This document shows, piece by piece, positions 47,746 through 59,487 of a DNA stretch of 64,000 nucleotides. How positions within the stretch are numbered: the stretch's first letter is position 1; each line of letters begins with the position of its first letter. The DNA is from Formosimonas sp. GTDB taxonomy: Bacteria; Pseudomonadota; Gammaproteobacteria; Burkholderiales; Burkholderiaceae. Under the pieces are notes generated by a model. That model worked only from the letters and a program-made list of their open reading frames with translations, made no database searches and was not told the origin of the DNA. The stretch spans positions 54,856-118,855 of the forward strand of contig JBOFII010000021.1 of NCBI GenBank assembly GCA_051650085.1, written 5' to 3'. A program made the translations under genes and the position numbers.

Positions 47746-49158
47746 TTAAAATGTCTTATTTAATGTCAAATTAATTTGATTTTTTGAATATTTATATAGA
47801 GACAAATTGCTTTTAACTCGATTATGCTCAAACGATAATTTCGGCGATAGACCCAAAAAATCCACCTTATCATTCCAAAGTGTCAGGCCATATCCCACCT
47901 CTTGGTCATGCCGACGCGTATTAAACAAGCTAGGCGCGTCTTTAAACAGCCGATTGGCATAACTGACATCTAAGCGGGCGGTAAAATGCCATGGCAAATG
48001 TTGCACCAGCCCTGCTCGATAACCAACCCGTAAGGATGAGGCACTTTTTTCTTCTGTAAGGTCAAATAACGCATCAAGCCCGCCAAATAGGACACTCTTA
48101 TCGTTGATTTTATAAGACAACATGAGCGAAGCGAAGCTGTTGTGTCCGTCGAAATAGCGTGTTTGAGTATGCCGCAAACGGTTGTATTCATAAGTGACTG
48201 CACTTTGCCAATTGGGTGAAATCATGTATCGCCACTCAGCACGCAAGCCCAATGCTTTTGAATAAGCTTGATTCGCCAACCAGCGTTTTTGGTAAGTGGG
48301 CAAAAGCGCAAGGGCATGGACAGCACTTTGCCAGTGGTAACCGATATTCAACTGCGCAGATTGATCATCAGACTCATGCCAGCTCGGATAAGTTTTACCA
48401 AACACTCTAGCGCCCACGCTGAGCGACTGCTGGTCTGCAATGCGAAACTTTTGAGAAACATCCACCTTATAGTGCAAGCCATAGCCTTTTTGCGGCAAAC
48501 TCTCTGGTGTGCGCTCCAATACAAAAGGCCCTAAGACCACATATTTGTCCGTTGAGGCATGGTTAATATTGCTGTCCCAAACCCCACTCACACTCACATT
48601 CAACTGTGGTTTATATTTTTGATTCATTTGCTGCACAAAAGCACTGATGTTTTGCTTCACATTTGGCGGTGGATTGTCTTGTTGCACGCGCTCAAACTGT
48701 TCAATCGCCGAAACGTCTTGATTGTTTTCGGCCAATGTCGCAGCCAGCTCCAAACGCACCCGTGCCAACTCTGGGTATTGCTGCGCCAAACGCTGATAAC
48801 GCCTGATGGAATTTTCGTATTGACCGTGATAACGCTCCAGCCCTGCATGGGCAAACTCAACCAGCAGCGCATCATGTTCAGGCAACTGCGCATACAAACG
48901 CATCAAGCGTTCAACATGCGGCCATTGCCCCAAATCAACCAAGTCATTTAATGTTTGCCTGAGCTGTTCAGGCTGCGCGCGCCACTGTTCATCCAACCAG
49001 TCAGGCTGGGGCGTTGCCTGTGCATTTAAAGGTTGTGACACTTGTGGCGGTAAAACGGCCGCAGGAACGCTCTGAACTTGCGCTTGTGTGTGATGTGCCC
49101 ATAGCAAAAAAATCACACAAGGCGCATGAGCAGATAAAATTTTGAAAGGTAAATTCAT
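47746..49158 (-). CDS. Surface lipoprotein assembly modifier (Slam; type XI secretion outer-membrane translocon, TPR + DUF560 barrel)
   Basis: 470 aa. It has a signal peptide and an N-terminal TPR-like region (YENSIRRYQRLAQQYPELARVRLELAATLAENNQDVSAIEQFERV). The C-terminus is beta-rich with alternating hydrophobics, ending ...INLTLNKTF (terminal Phe). Confidence 0.78.
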   Translation of the reverse strand: MNLPFKILSAHAPCVIFLLWAHHTQAQVQSVPAAVLPPQVSQPLNAQATPQPDWLDEQWRAQPEQLRQTLNDLVDLGQWPHVERLMRLYAQLPEHDALLVEFAHAGLERYHGQYENSIRRYQRLAQQYPELARVRLELAATLAENNQDVSAIEQFERVQQDNPPPNVKQNISAFVQQMNQKYKPQLNVSVSGVWDSNINHASTDKYVVLGPFVLERTPESLPQKGYGLHYKVDVSQKFRIADQQSLSVGARVFGKTYPSWHESDDQSAQLNIGYHWQSAVHALALLPTYQKRWLANQAYSKALGLRAEWRYMISPNWQSAVTYEYNRLRHTQTRYFDGHNSFASLMLSYKINDKSVLFGGLDALFDLTEEKSASSLRVGYRAGLVQHLPWHFTARLDVSYANRLFKDAPSLFNTRRHDQEVGYGLTLWNDKVDFLGLSPKLSFEHNRVKSNLSLYKYSKNQINLTLNKTF

Positions 49159-49227
49159 GAATATTAAAGGGCTTAAAGTTTAAAGAATACGAGAAAAATA
49201 AGCATGCTCCCATGCCAAGAACCAGAG

Positions 49228-49539
49228 TTATCCATCAAACTTCATCACCCACTGTTCAATCGCCAAATACAAATGAGCCGCCTCCTGCCCTTTTGTCGTC
49301 AACTGATACAAACTTTCTTCTTTGACCACCATGTGATTGTCCATGGCTTGGCGCAAGGTTCGATTCAATTGTCCAGCGCTCATGAATGGGAAGTTGGCTT
49401 CTAATTCACTAAAACGCTTGTTGGCGTCTTGCAAACTCAAAATTATACCCGCCATCCAGCGGGATTTGAGTTGCTCCATGCCTGAGCTTAATTCGCATTG
49501 ATTGATATTACAGTCTTGTGAACGATTGATGTGAAGCAT
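49228..49539 (-). CDS. HxlR-family winged-helix transcriptional regulator
   Basis: 103 aa, with W...II..L.....RFSEL........S...L...L pattern. It is divergent from an SDR gene. Confidence 0.78.
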   Translation of the reverse strand: MLHINRSQDCNINQCELSSGMEQLKSRWMAGIILSLQDANKRFSELEANFPFMSAGQLNRTLRQAMDNHMVVKEESLYQLTTKGQEAAHLYLAIEQWVMKFDG

Positions 49540-49645
49540 TTAAACCCTCGCAATATTGATAGTATTTTTTTCAGGGCAAGCCGCCTACAATGCCCCCACC
49601 GAAACAATGAACGGTATTGTTTAATATTTTATAGGAATTTAGAAC

Positions 49646-50371
49646 ATGTCTAAAAAACTCGTTGTCATCACAGGCGCCAGCAGCGGCTTTGGTTTGGAAT
49701 TGGCCAAGGAATTTGCATCGCAAGGCTATCCCATGCTTTTATTGGCGCGTCGCACTGAAAATCTGGCCTCAATTGGTTTTAAAAACACCCTCATCAAATC
49801 AGTAGATGTCGCCGATTACGTGGCTTTTCAAAATGCCATTGCACAAGCCGAGGCTTTGTACGGCAAAACTGATCTTTTGGTCAATAACGCAGGCGTGATG
49901 TTGCTGGGCAGTTTATTGGACCAAAACCCGAACGAGTGGCAAACCATGCTCAACGTGAATGTCACGGGAGTTTTGAATGGCATTCAAATGGTATTGAAAG
50001 ACATGGTGGCGGCCAACACGGGGACGATTGTCAATATTTCGTCCATTGCTGGACGCAAAACCTTTGGCAACCATGCAGCGTATTGCGGCACCAAATTTGC
50101 CGTGCATGCGCTGACCGAAACGGTGCGCCAAGAAGTGGCCTCCAGCAATGTGCGCGTGCTCACGGTGGCGCCTGGCGCGGCCGAAACCGCCCTGTTGTCG
50201 CACACCACCTCGCAAACCATCATCGATGGCTACAACGAGTGGAAAGAAACCATGGGCGGAAAATCGCTCGACCCCAAACACATTGCCACGTCGGTGCGCT
50301 TCATGTATGAATTGCCACAAGAGGTGTCAATTCGTGAATTGGTGATTTCTGCCACCATGCAAGACGCTTAA
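49646..50371 (+). CDS. Short-chain dehydrogenase/reductase (SDR) family oxidoreductase
   Basis: 241 aa. Motifs are TGASSGFG, NNAG, and the catalytic S...YCGTK (YxxxK). Confidence 0.9.
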   Translation: MSKKLVVITGASSGFGLELAKEFASQGYPMLLLARRTENLASIGFKNTLIKSVDVADYVAFQNAIAQAEALYGKTDLLVNNAGVMLLGSLLDQNPNEWQTMLNVNVTGVLNGIQMVLKDMVAANTGTIVNISSIAGRKTFGNHAAYCGTKFAVHALTETVRQEVASSNVRVLTVAPGAAETALLSHTTSQTIIDGYNEWKETMGGKSLDPKHIATSVRFMYELPQEVSIRELVISATMQDA

Positions 50372-50859
50372 TCCCGCCGACTCGGCTCACTTTGATGCAA
50401 AAACGCGGTGAAAATATCGCGTGGCGGTGCGACGGATGCGCTGAACATAATCCGTCCCACCGCGCCGCGATGGTAGCCGCCATGCGTGATGATGTGCGCA
50501 AGCATTTCTCCGCGCGACATGCGCCCCGCCGCTTGGTCGGTGAACGTAAAAGTAATCTGCTCATTGAGCATATCTTCATTTAAACCGCCCACATACTGAA
50601 TATACCAATCGTCCAGTTCACTGACCGCTTGGCGCAAGTCGCTTAAAGTCGGGGTTTCTGGCGTGTTGGTTGCTTGATAAGCATGCGACTTGCCCTGTAA
50701 GTGCGCGGCAAAAATACAGTCCACCACATAAATGTGATTGAGCAAACGAGTGGCCGCATGCCGTTTTTCGGTTGACTTGACCTCTTCTAAAGCCACAAAC
50801 AGCTCTTGGTTCGCCCATGCTTTGTATTGAAACAAAGACACCCACAGATTTGCCGCCAT
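50368..50859 (-). CDS. DinB-family (damage-inducible, four-helix bundle) protein
   Basis: 163 aa from the ATG at 50859 (GGGGAG upstream). Features are the YKAWANQELF N-terminus and the HIITHGGYHRG His triad region. Confidence 0.78.
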   Translation of the reverse strand: MAANLWVSLFQYKAWANQELFVALEEVKSTEKRHAATRLLNHIYVVDCIFAAHLQGKSHAYQATNTPETPTLSDLRQAVSELDDWYIQYVGGLNEDMLNEQITFTFTDQAAGRMSRGEMLAHIITHGGYHRGAVGRIMFSASVAPPRDIFTAFLHQSEPSRRD

Positions 50860-50869
50860 TGCACTCCCC

Positions 50870-52327
<1,458 letters not shown>

Positions 52328-52335
52328 GAAATTCC

Positions 52336-52629
52336 TTAATTCAATTCGCGCAAAGCGGTGGTTAAATAGTCGTCAAACGCGGCGTTGTCGCGCGTGTTGC
52401 GCCATTGCCCAGCGTCAAGTTTGAAATGATAGCCGCCGCTGCGCGAAGCGAGCCAGACTTCTTGCATGGCTGCTTGTTGGTTTATGATGATTTTGTGCCC
52501 ATTGTCGGCTTCGATTTCGAGCAATGCGCCATGACGCAGCACGTCAAAATCGTCGTCCAACGCTTCGATTTTGCGCTCAATCGCATCAAACAGCACTTTT
52601 ACCTGTTGCAAAAACTCGGTTTCCGTCAT
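52336..52629 (-). CDS. cyaY: Iron-sulfur cluster assembly protein CyaY (frataxin homologue)
   Basis: 97 aa. It reads MTETEF...D.IE..I......D.D......L.I......KIIINQQ....E.WLAS..GGYHF. Confidence 0.88.
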   Translation of the reverse strand: MTETEFLQQVKVLFDAIERKIEALDDDFDVLRHGALLEIEADNGHKIIINQQAAMQEVWLASRSGGYHFKLDAGQWRNTRDNAAFDDYLTTALRELN

Positions 52630-52679
52630 AATAGACCCTTTGTTGATGAACGCCCTTGGGCAGAATTTGAGAATTATAT

Positions 52680-52808
52680 ATGAGAACCTCGACTCGCCTG
52701 TTTTTTATCGTCGCGCTCGCGGCACTCGTTGTCAGCGCCTGCGGTTATCGCGGCGCATTGTATTTACCCGAAAACGCCCCTGCCCCCAAAACCAGCCCGC
52801 TTAAATAA
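52680..52808 (+). CDS. lptM: Small lipoprotein LptM (YifL family), 42 aa and absent from the ORF track
   Basis: MRTSTRLFFIVALAALVVSA|CGYRGALYLPENAPAPK. It has a lipobox plus the CG.KG.LYLP signature and occupies the conserved position between cyaY and lysA. The stop lies 1 nt before the lysA ATG. Confidence 0.7.
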   Translation: MRTSTRLFFIVALAALVVSACGYRGALYLPENAPAPKTSPLK

Positions 52809-52809
52809 C

Positions 52810-54075
52810 ATGACTTTATTCCCAAACCCGACCCTTAATATTGACCACAACCAACTTGTTTTAGAGCAAACCCCGCTCACCGCGCTGGCGCGTGAGCACG
52901 GCACGCCGCTGTACGTGTACTCCAAAGCCGCGCTGCAATCGGCATGGGATGCGTGGCAATTTCCCGACGCTGACCGCGACATTCACGTGTGCTACGCGGT
53001 TAAAGCCAATTCTAATTTAGCGATTTTGCAGTTTTTTGCCCAGCGCGGCGCGTTTTTTGACACGGTGTCGATGGGCGAAATCAGCCGCGCATTGGCTGCG
53101 GGTGCGCCCGCCAGCCGCATCGTTTTTTCGGGCGTGGGCAAAACCGTGGCCGAAATCACCTTTGCACTGGAACAAGGGATTTACTGCTTTAACGTCGAGT
53201 CGATTCCCGAACTCGACCGCATTCATGAAGTGGCCACCCGTTTGGGCAAACGTGCACCGATTTCGTTGCGCATCAACCCTGATGTGGACGCGCAAACCCA
53301 TCCGTATATTTCGACGGGTTTAAAAGAAAACAAATTCGGCATTGACCACACACTGGCCGAGGCGACTTACGCGCACGCCGCAACGCTGTCGGGCTTGCAG
53401 ATTACGGGGATTGATTACCATATCGGCTCACAGTTGACCAGCCTCACGCCGTTTCTCGATGCGCAAAACCGCTTGTTTGACTTGGTGAGCAAACTCGCCG
53501 CCCGCGGGATTGAGTTGCAACACATTGACTTGGGCGGCGGTCTGGGCGTGCGCTACAAAGACGAAACCCCGCCCGTGGCCGCCGACTTAATCGCGCAATC
53601 GCTGCACGGTTTGCGCAGCGCGGGCTTCAAACACACGCTGATGTTTGAACCAGGCCGCTCGCTGGTCGCCAACGCTGGGGTTTTGCTCACGCAAGTTGAA
53701 TACCTCAAACCGACCGAAGCCAAAAACTTCGCAATTGTCGATGCAGGCATGAACGACTTGATGCGCCCCGCGCTATATCAAGCGTGGATGCAAGTGGTCA
53801 ACACCGTGCAGCACGACGAGCCAGTCATTAATTACGACATTGTCGGCCCCGTGTGCGAATCCACCGACTGGTTCGCTCGCGAGCGAGAACTGGCGATTCA
53901 TCCAGGCGATGTTTTGGCGATTTTGAGCGCGGGCGCATACAGCATGACCATGGCCTCCAACTACAACACCCGCCAACGCCCCGCCGAGATTCTCGTTGAT
54001 GGTGCACAACACCACGTGATTCGCACGCGCGATACGTTGGAAAGTTTGTGGGCCGATGAATGTTTATTGCCCTAA
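52810..54075 (+). CDS. lysA: Diaminopimelate decarboxylase
   Basis: 421 aa from the ATG at 52810. Motifs are the PLP-Lys region YAVKANSN, GGGLGV, and CES.D. Confidence 0.95.
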   Translation: MTLFPNPTLNIDHNQLVLEQTPLTALAREHGTPLYVYSKAALQSAWDAWQFPDADRDIHVCYAVKANSNLAILQFFAQRGAFFDTVSMGEISRALAAGAPASRIVFSGVGKTVAEITFALEQGIYCFNVESIPELDRIHEVATRLGKRAPISLRINPDVDAQTHPYISTGLKENKFGIDHTLAEATYAHAATLSGLQITGIDYHIGSQLTSLTPFLDAQNRLFDLVSKLAARGIELQHIDLGGGLGVRYKDETPPVAADLIAQSLHGLRSAGFKHTLMFEPGRSLVANAGVLLTQVEYLKPTEAKNFAIVDAGMNDLMRPALYQAWMQVVNTVQHDEPVINYDIVGPVCESTDWFARERELAIHPGDVLAILSAGAYSMTMASNYNTRQRPAEILVDGAQHHVIRTRDTLESLWADECLLP

Positions 54076-54107
54076 AAAAAGCCCATCGACATGATGGGCT
54101 TTTTTTT
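54075..54107. terminator. Bidirectional rho-independent terminator between convergent lysA and the amidohydrolase gene
   Basis: An aaaaaaa-gcccatc-gacat-gatgggc-tttttttt structure with A and T runs on either side. Confidence 0.75.
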
Positions 54108-55353
54108 ACAACGCAACCGCTCGCTCCAGCACCGCATGCAACAACACATTACAACCTGCTTCAATGTGTTCAGGCTCTGCATCTTCGATTTCGTTGTGGC
54201 TAATGCCGTCTTTACAGGGGATGAAAATCATCCCCGTCGGGGCGAGTCGCGCCATATACACTGCGTCGTGCCCCGCCCCTGAGACAGCAGGCATATGGCT
54301 GTAACCGAGTCTTTGCGCGGCTTTTTCAACCGCTTGAACACAATCGGCATGAAAGGCTTGCGCGGGATACGCGCTGACGGGGGTGATGTCAATCGGCAAA
54401 CCTGTTTGCGCCGAAATTCTGGCGGCGACAGCGCGGATGTCGGCATCCATTTGTTCGCACAGCTCATCTGTGGCGTTGCGTAAATCAATGCTGAATTTGA
54501 CTTGCCCTGGAATCACGTTGCGGCTGTTGGGATGAACCTGCACCATACCGACCGTGCCGCGCCCGTGCGGCGGGTGGCGATATGCGCAGTCAACCACTTC
54601 TTGCATGAGTTGCGCAGCGGCTTGCAACGCGTCTTTACGCAGAGCCATGGGTGTGGGGCCAGCATGGGCTTCCATGCCTGAAACCACACAATCGTACCAG
54701 CGAATCCCCAAAACCCCTGTCACCACGCCGATGGTTTTGCCATGGTCTTCTAAAACGGGGCCTTGCTCAATATGCGCTTCAAAATACGCACCAATCGGGT
54801 GTTGCCCTGCAACTTCGTCGCCCAAGTAACCGATGCGAGCCAATTCGTCTTTAACGCTAACGCCCTGCGTGTCGGTCGCGGCATAGGCGTGTTCGAGCGA
54901 AAACGCATTGGCAAACACACCTGAGCCCATCATGACGGGTACAAAACGCGAGCCTTCTTCGTTAGTCCACCACGCCACTTCAATTGGGGCTTCAGTTTCA
55001 ATCTGATGGTCATTGAGCGTGCGCACCACTTCAAGCCCTGCCAAAACGCCATAGTTGCCATCAAATTTGCCGCCTGTCGGTTGGGTGTCGATGTGGCTGC
55101 CCATCATAATCGGTGGCAAGGCGTTGTTGCGCCCTGCGCGGCGCATGAAGCCGTTGCCGATTTGGTCGATGGTTACAGTCATGCCCGCTTCACGCGCCCA
55201 TTGGCTGACGAGGTCGCGCCCTTGTTTGTCCAAGTCTGTCAAGGCCAAGCGGCACACGCCGCCTTTGGCGGTTGCGCCAATTTGTGCCAAACGCATCAGT
55301 GAATCCCACAAACGTGAACCGTTGATGCGTAAGTTGTCGATATGCTCGCTCAT
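54106..55353 (-). CDS. M20-family Zn-dependent amidohydrolase (N-carbamoyl-beta-alanine / allantoate amidohydrolase type; beta-ureidopropionase role inferred)
   Basis: 415 aa from the ATG at 55353, overlapping the preA stop (ATGA). Motifs are GSHIDTQP.GGKFDG..GV and WTNEEGSRF. Confidence 0.82.
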   Translation of the reverse strand: MSEHIDNLRINGSRLWDSLMRLAQIGATAKGGVCRLALTDLDKQGRDLVSQWAREAGMTVTIDQIGNGFMRRAGRNNALPPIMMGSHIDTQPTGGKFDGNYGVLAGLEVVRTLNDHQIETEAPIEVAWWTNEEGSRFVPVMMGSGVFANAFSLEHAYAATDTQGVSVKDELARIGYLGDEVAGQHPIGAYFEAHIEQGPVLEDHGKTIGVVTGVLGIRWYDCVVSGMEAHAGPTPMALRKDALQAAAQLMQEVVDCAYRHPPHGRGTVGMVQVHPNSRNVIPGQVKFSIDLRNATDELCEQMDADIRAVAARISAQTGLPIDITPVSAYPAQAFHADCVQAVEKAAQRLGYSHMPAVSGAGHDAVYMARLAPTGMIFIPCKDGISHNEIEDAEPEHIEAGCNVLLHAVLERAVAL

Positions 55354-56663
55354 GAAGCCGCTCCAATCTGTTGCATGGGGTTGTTGGGATGGTCTATCCA
55401 TTTGAGATAACGCTCACTCACAGGCTTGCCTGTGCGTTGGTCGATTTCGCCCACAGCCAATGAGCGCAAACTAATGGCTTGCGGCACGGGACAAACCGAT
55501 ACGCACAAGTTGCAGCCCACACATTCTTCTTCTTTGATTTCAAACATCCGCACACCATTTTTGGACGCGCTGATGGCTTGATGCGAGGTGTCTTCGCAGA
55601 CCGCGTAGCAACGCCCACATTGGATGCAATGGTCTTGGTCAATCACGGCTTTATCGACGTGATTGAGGTTCAATTGCTGCCAGTCGGTGACGCTGGGCAC
55701 GGCTTTGCCGCGAAAATCGTCAATGCTGCGATAACCTTTGGTGTCGATAAAATGCGACAAACCATCGCACAACTCCTCAATGATTTTGAAACCATAAACC
55801 ATTGCGGCGGTGCACACCTGAACATTGCCGCAACCCATCGCAATGAACTCGGCCGCATCGCGCCAAGTGGTCACGCCGCCAATGCCCGAGATGGGCAAAC
55901 GCGCCGTCAACGGGTCACGAGCGATTTCGGCCACCATATTCAAGGCAATCGGTTTGACCGCCTCACCGCAATAGCCGCCGTGGCTGCCTTTGCCGCCTGT
56001 GTTGGGCGTCATCAGCATATGGTCTAAATCCACGCCCATAATCGAGTTGATGGTGTTGATTAAACTCACCGCGTCCGCACCGCCTTTGTGCGCCGCGCGA
56101 GCGGGCATACGAATGTCAGTGATGTTGGGCGTGAGTTTGACGATAACGGGCAGTTTAGAATAATGCTTGCACCATTCCGTGACCATTTGAATGTATTCAG
56201 GCACTTGGCCAACCGCCGCGCCCATGCCGCGCTCTGACATGCCGTGTGGGCAGCCAAAATTCAACTCAATCCCGTCGCAACCCGTGTCTTCGACCATCGG
56301 CAAAATATTTTTCCACGACGACTCCACGCACGGCACCATGATGGAGCAAATCACCGCGCGGTCAGACCAGTTGCGTTTGACACGTGCCATTTCTTCTAAA
56401 TTGGTGCGCAAAGGGCGGTCTGAAATCAACTCAATGTTGTTAAAACCAATCACGCGGCGGTCTTTGGCGTACAACGCCGAATAGCGCGGCCCATGCACAT
56501 TGACCACATGCGGGTCTTCGCCAACGGTTTTCCACACCACGCCGCCCCAGCCTGCCTCAAAGGCCCGTACGACGTTGACTTCTTTATCGGTTGGCGGCGC
56601 AGAAGCGAGCCAAAATGGATTGGGGCTTTTGATGCCCAAAAATGAAGTGGTTAAATCTGCCAT
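55350..56663 (-). CDS. preA: NAD-dependent dihydropyrimidine dehydrogenase subunit PreA (FMN / 2x[4Fe-4S])
   Basis: 437 aa with a DHOD-like TIM barrel (GCDGIELNFGCPHG) and C-terminal ferredoxin motifs CIQCGRCYAVC and CVGCNLCVSVCP. Confidence 0.9.
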   Translation of the reverse strand: MADLTTSFLGIKSPNPFWLASAPPTDKEVNVVRAFEAGWGGVVWKTVGEDPHVVNVHGPRYSALYAKDRRVIGFNNIELISDRPLRTNLEEMARVKRNWSDRAVICSIMVPCVESSWKNILPMVEDTGCDGIELNFGCPHGMSERGMGAAVGQVPEYIQMVTEWCKHYSKLPVIVKLTPNITDIRMPARAAHKGGADAVSLINTINSIMGVDLDHMLMTPNTGGKGSHGGYCGEAVKPIALNMVAEIARDPLTARLPISGIGGVTTWRDAAEFIAMGCGNVQVCTAAMVYGFKIIEELCDGLSHFIDTKGYRSIDDFRGKAVPSVTDWQQLNLNHVDKAVIDQDHCIQCGRCYAVCEDTSHQAISASKNGVRMFEIKEEECVGCNLCVSVCPVPQAISLRSLAVGEIDQRTGKPVSERYLKWIDHPNNPMQQIGAAS

Positions 56664-56675
56664 GTTGTGCTCCCG

Positions 56676-58016
56676 TTATGCGTTGGATAAAAATTGATGT
56701 ATCGAGGCCGCAGCCATTTTGCCGTCTTGCACCGCTTCAACCGTTAAGTCGCGCCCGCCCAAACGACAATCGCCACCCGCCCACACTTTGGTTAGATTGG
56801 TGCGTAAATTGGCGTCGGTCGGAATCCGCCCTGATTGCAACTCAATGCCAGAATCCTCCAACACCGTGGCGACAAAACTTTGCCCAATCGCGGTGAGCAG
56901 CATGTCCGCGGCAATGTCAAATGTCTCGCCCGTCTCAACCAATTGACCATCATGCACCTCGGTTTTGACACATTGCACGCTGGCCAAACTATGATCGGCG
57001 TGTAGCGTCACGCTTTTTGGACTGACCCAATGGATGATTTTGACCCCATTGTGGCACGCCCACTCTTGCTCATCAACCGATGCGCCCATCGCCTCAACGC
57101 CGCGCCGATAAACCATAGTGACATTTTGCGCACCGAGCAAACGAGCTTGCACTGACGCATCAACCGCCGTCATGCCACCACCAATCACCACGACATTAGC
57201 ACCAATCGGCACGTCGCTGGGCGACTTGGCTTGGCGCAACTGGCTAATAAAATCCACCGCAGGGCGAATGCTCAAGTGCTGTGGCACAGCAAAACCCAAC
57301 TCATTCACGCCCGCCAAACCCACGCCGACAAACACCGCGTCGTAGTCTTGCACCAATTGACTGACCTGAATCTCGCGCCCCAAGGCGTGATCGAGATGCA
57401 CATCAATCCCGCCAACCGACAACAGCCAGTCGATTTCTTTTTGCGCAAACGCACCCACGGTTTTGTACGTGGCCAAGCCGTACTCGTTCAACCCGCCCAA
57501 TTTATCTTTCGCGTCAAACAACGCCACCTGATGCCCTTGCACCGCCAACTGATGCGCACAGGCCAAACCCGCAGGCCCCGCACCCACCACGGCCACGCGC
57601 TTACCTGTTTCGGCGGCGCGGGTAAACATGGTCAACTCTGGCTGCGCAAAATGTGCGTCCGTTGCGAATCGCTGCAACAGGCCGATTTCGACAGGCTTGC
57701 CTTCGTTGGTGTTGCGCACACAAGCCTGCTCGCACAACTCTTCTGTGGGGCAAACCCGTGCGCACATGCCGCCCAACGGGTTGGCGGTCAAAATCTGCTT
57801 GGCCGCGCCATGTAAATTACCGTCGCTGATGCGGTGAATGAAACTGGGAATATCAATCGACGTGGGGCACGCCGTGGTGCACGGTGCGTCGTAGCAAAAA
57901 TAACAGCGGTCAGCCTCAATCAAGGCTTGCTTAAGATTGAGCGGCGGATGCGCATCACAAAAATTTTGTGCGTATTGCTCGCTGGACAAACGATGGGTTT
58001 GAATATTAGCACTCAT
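56676..58016 (-). CDS. preT: NAD-dependent dihydropyrimidine dehydrogenase subunit PreT (GltD-like)
   Basis: 446 aa from the ATG at 58016. It has an N-terminal Fe-S region (CYFCYDAPCTTACP, CARVCP) and dinucleotide folds VAVVGAGPAGLA and VVVIGGGMTAVD. Confidence 0.88.
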   Translation of the reverse strand: MSANIQTHRLSSEQYAQNFCDAHPPLNLKQALIEADRCYFCYDAPCTTACPTSIDIPSFIHRISDGNLHGAAKQILTANPLGGMCARVCPTEELCEQACVRNTNEGKPVEIGLLQRFATDAHFAQPELTMFTRAAETGKRVAVVGAGPAGLACAHQLAVQGHQVALFDAKDKLGGLNEYGLATYKTVGAFAQKEIDWLLSVGGIDVHLDHALGREIQVSQLVQDYDAVFVGVGLAGVNELGFAVPQHLSIRPAVDFISQLRQAKSPSDVPIGANVVVIGGGMTAVDASVQARLLGAQNVTMVYRRGVEAMGASVDEQEWACHNGVKIIHWVSPKSVTLHADHSLASVQCVKTEVHDGQLVETGETFDIAADMLLTAIGQSFVATVLEDSGIELQSGRIPTDANLRTNLTKVWAGGDCRLGGRDLTVEAVQDGKMAAASIHQFLSNA

Positions 58017-58032
58017 ACAATTTCCTTCACAA

Positions 58033-59487
<1,455 letters not shown>

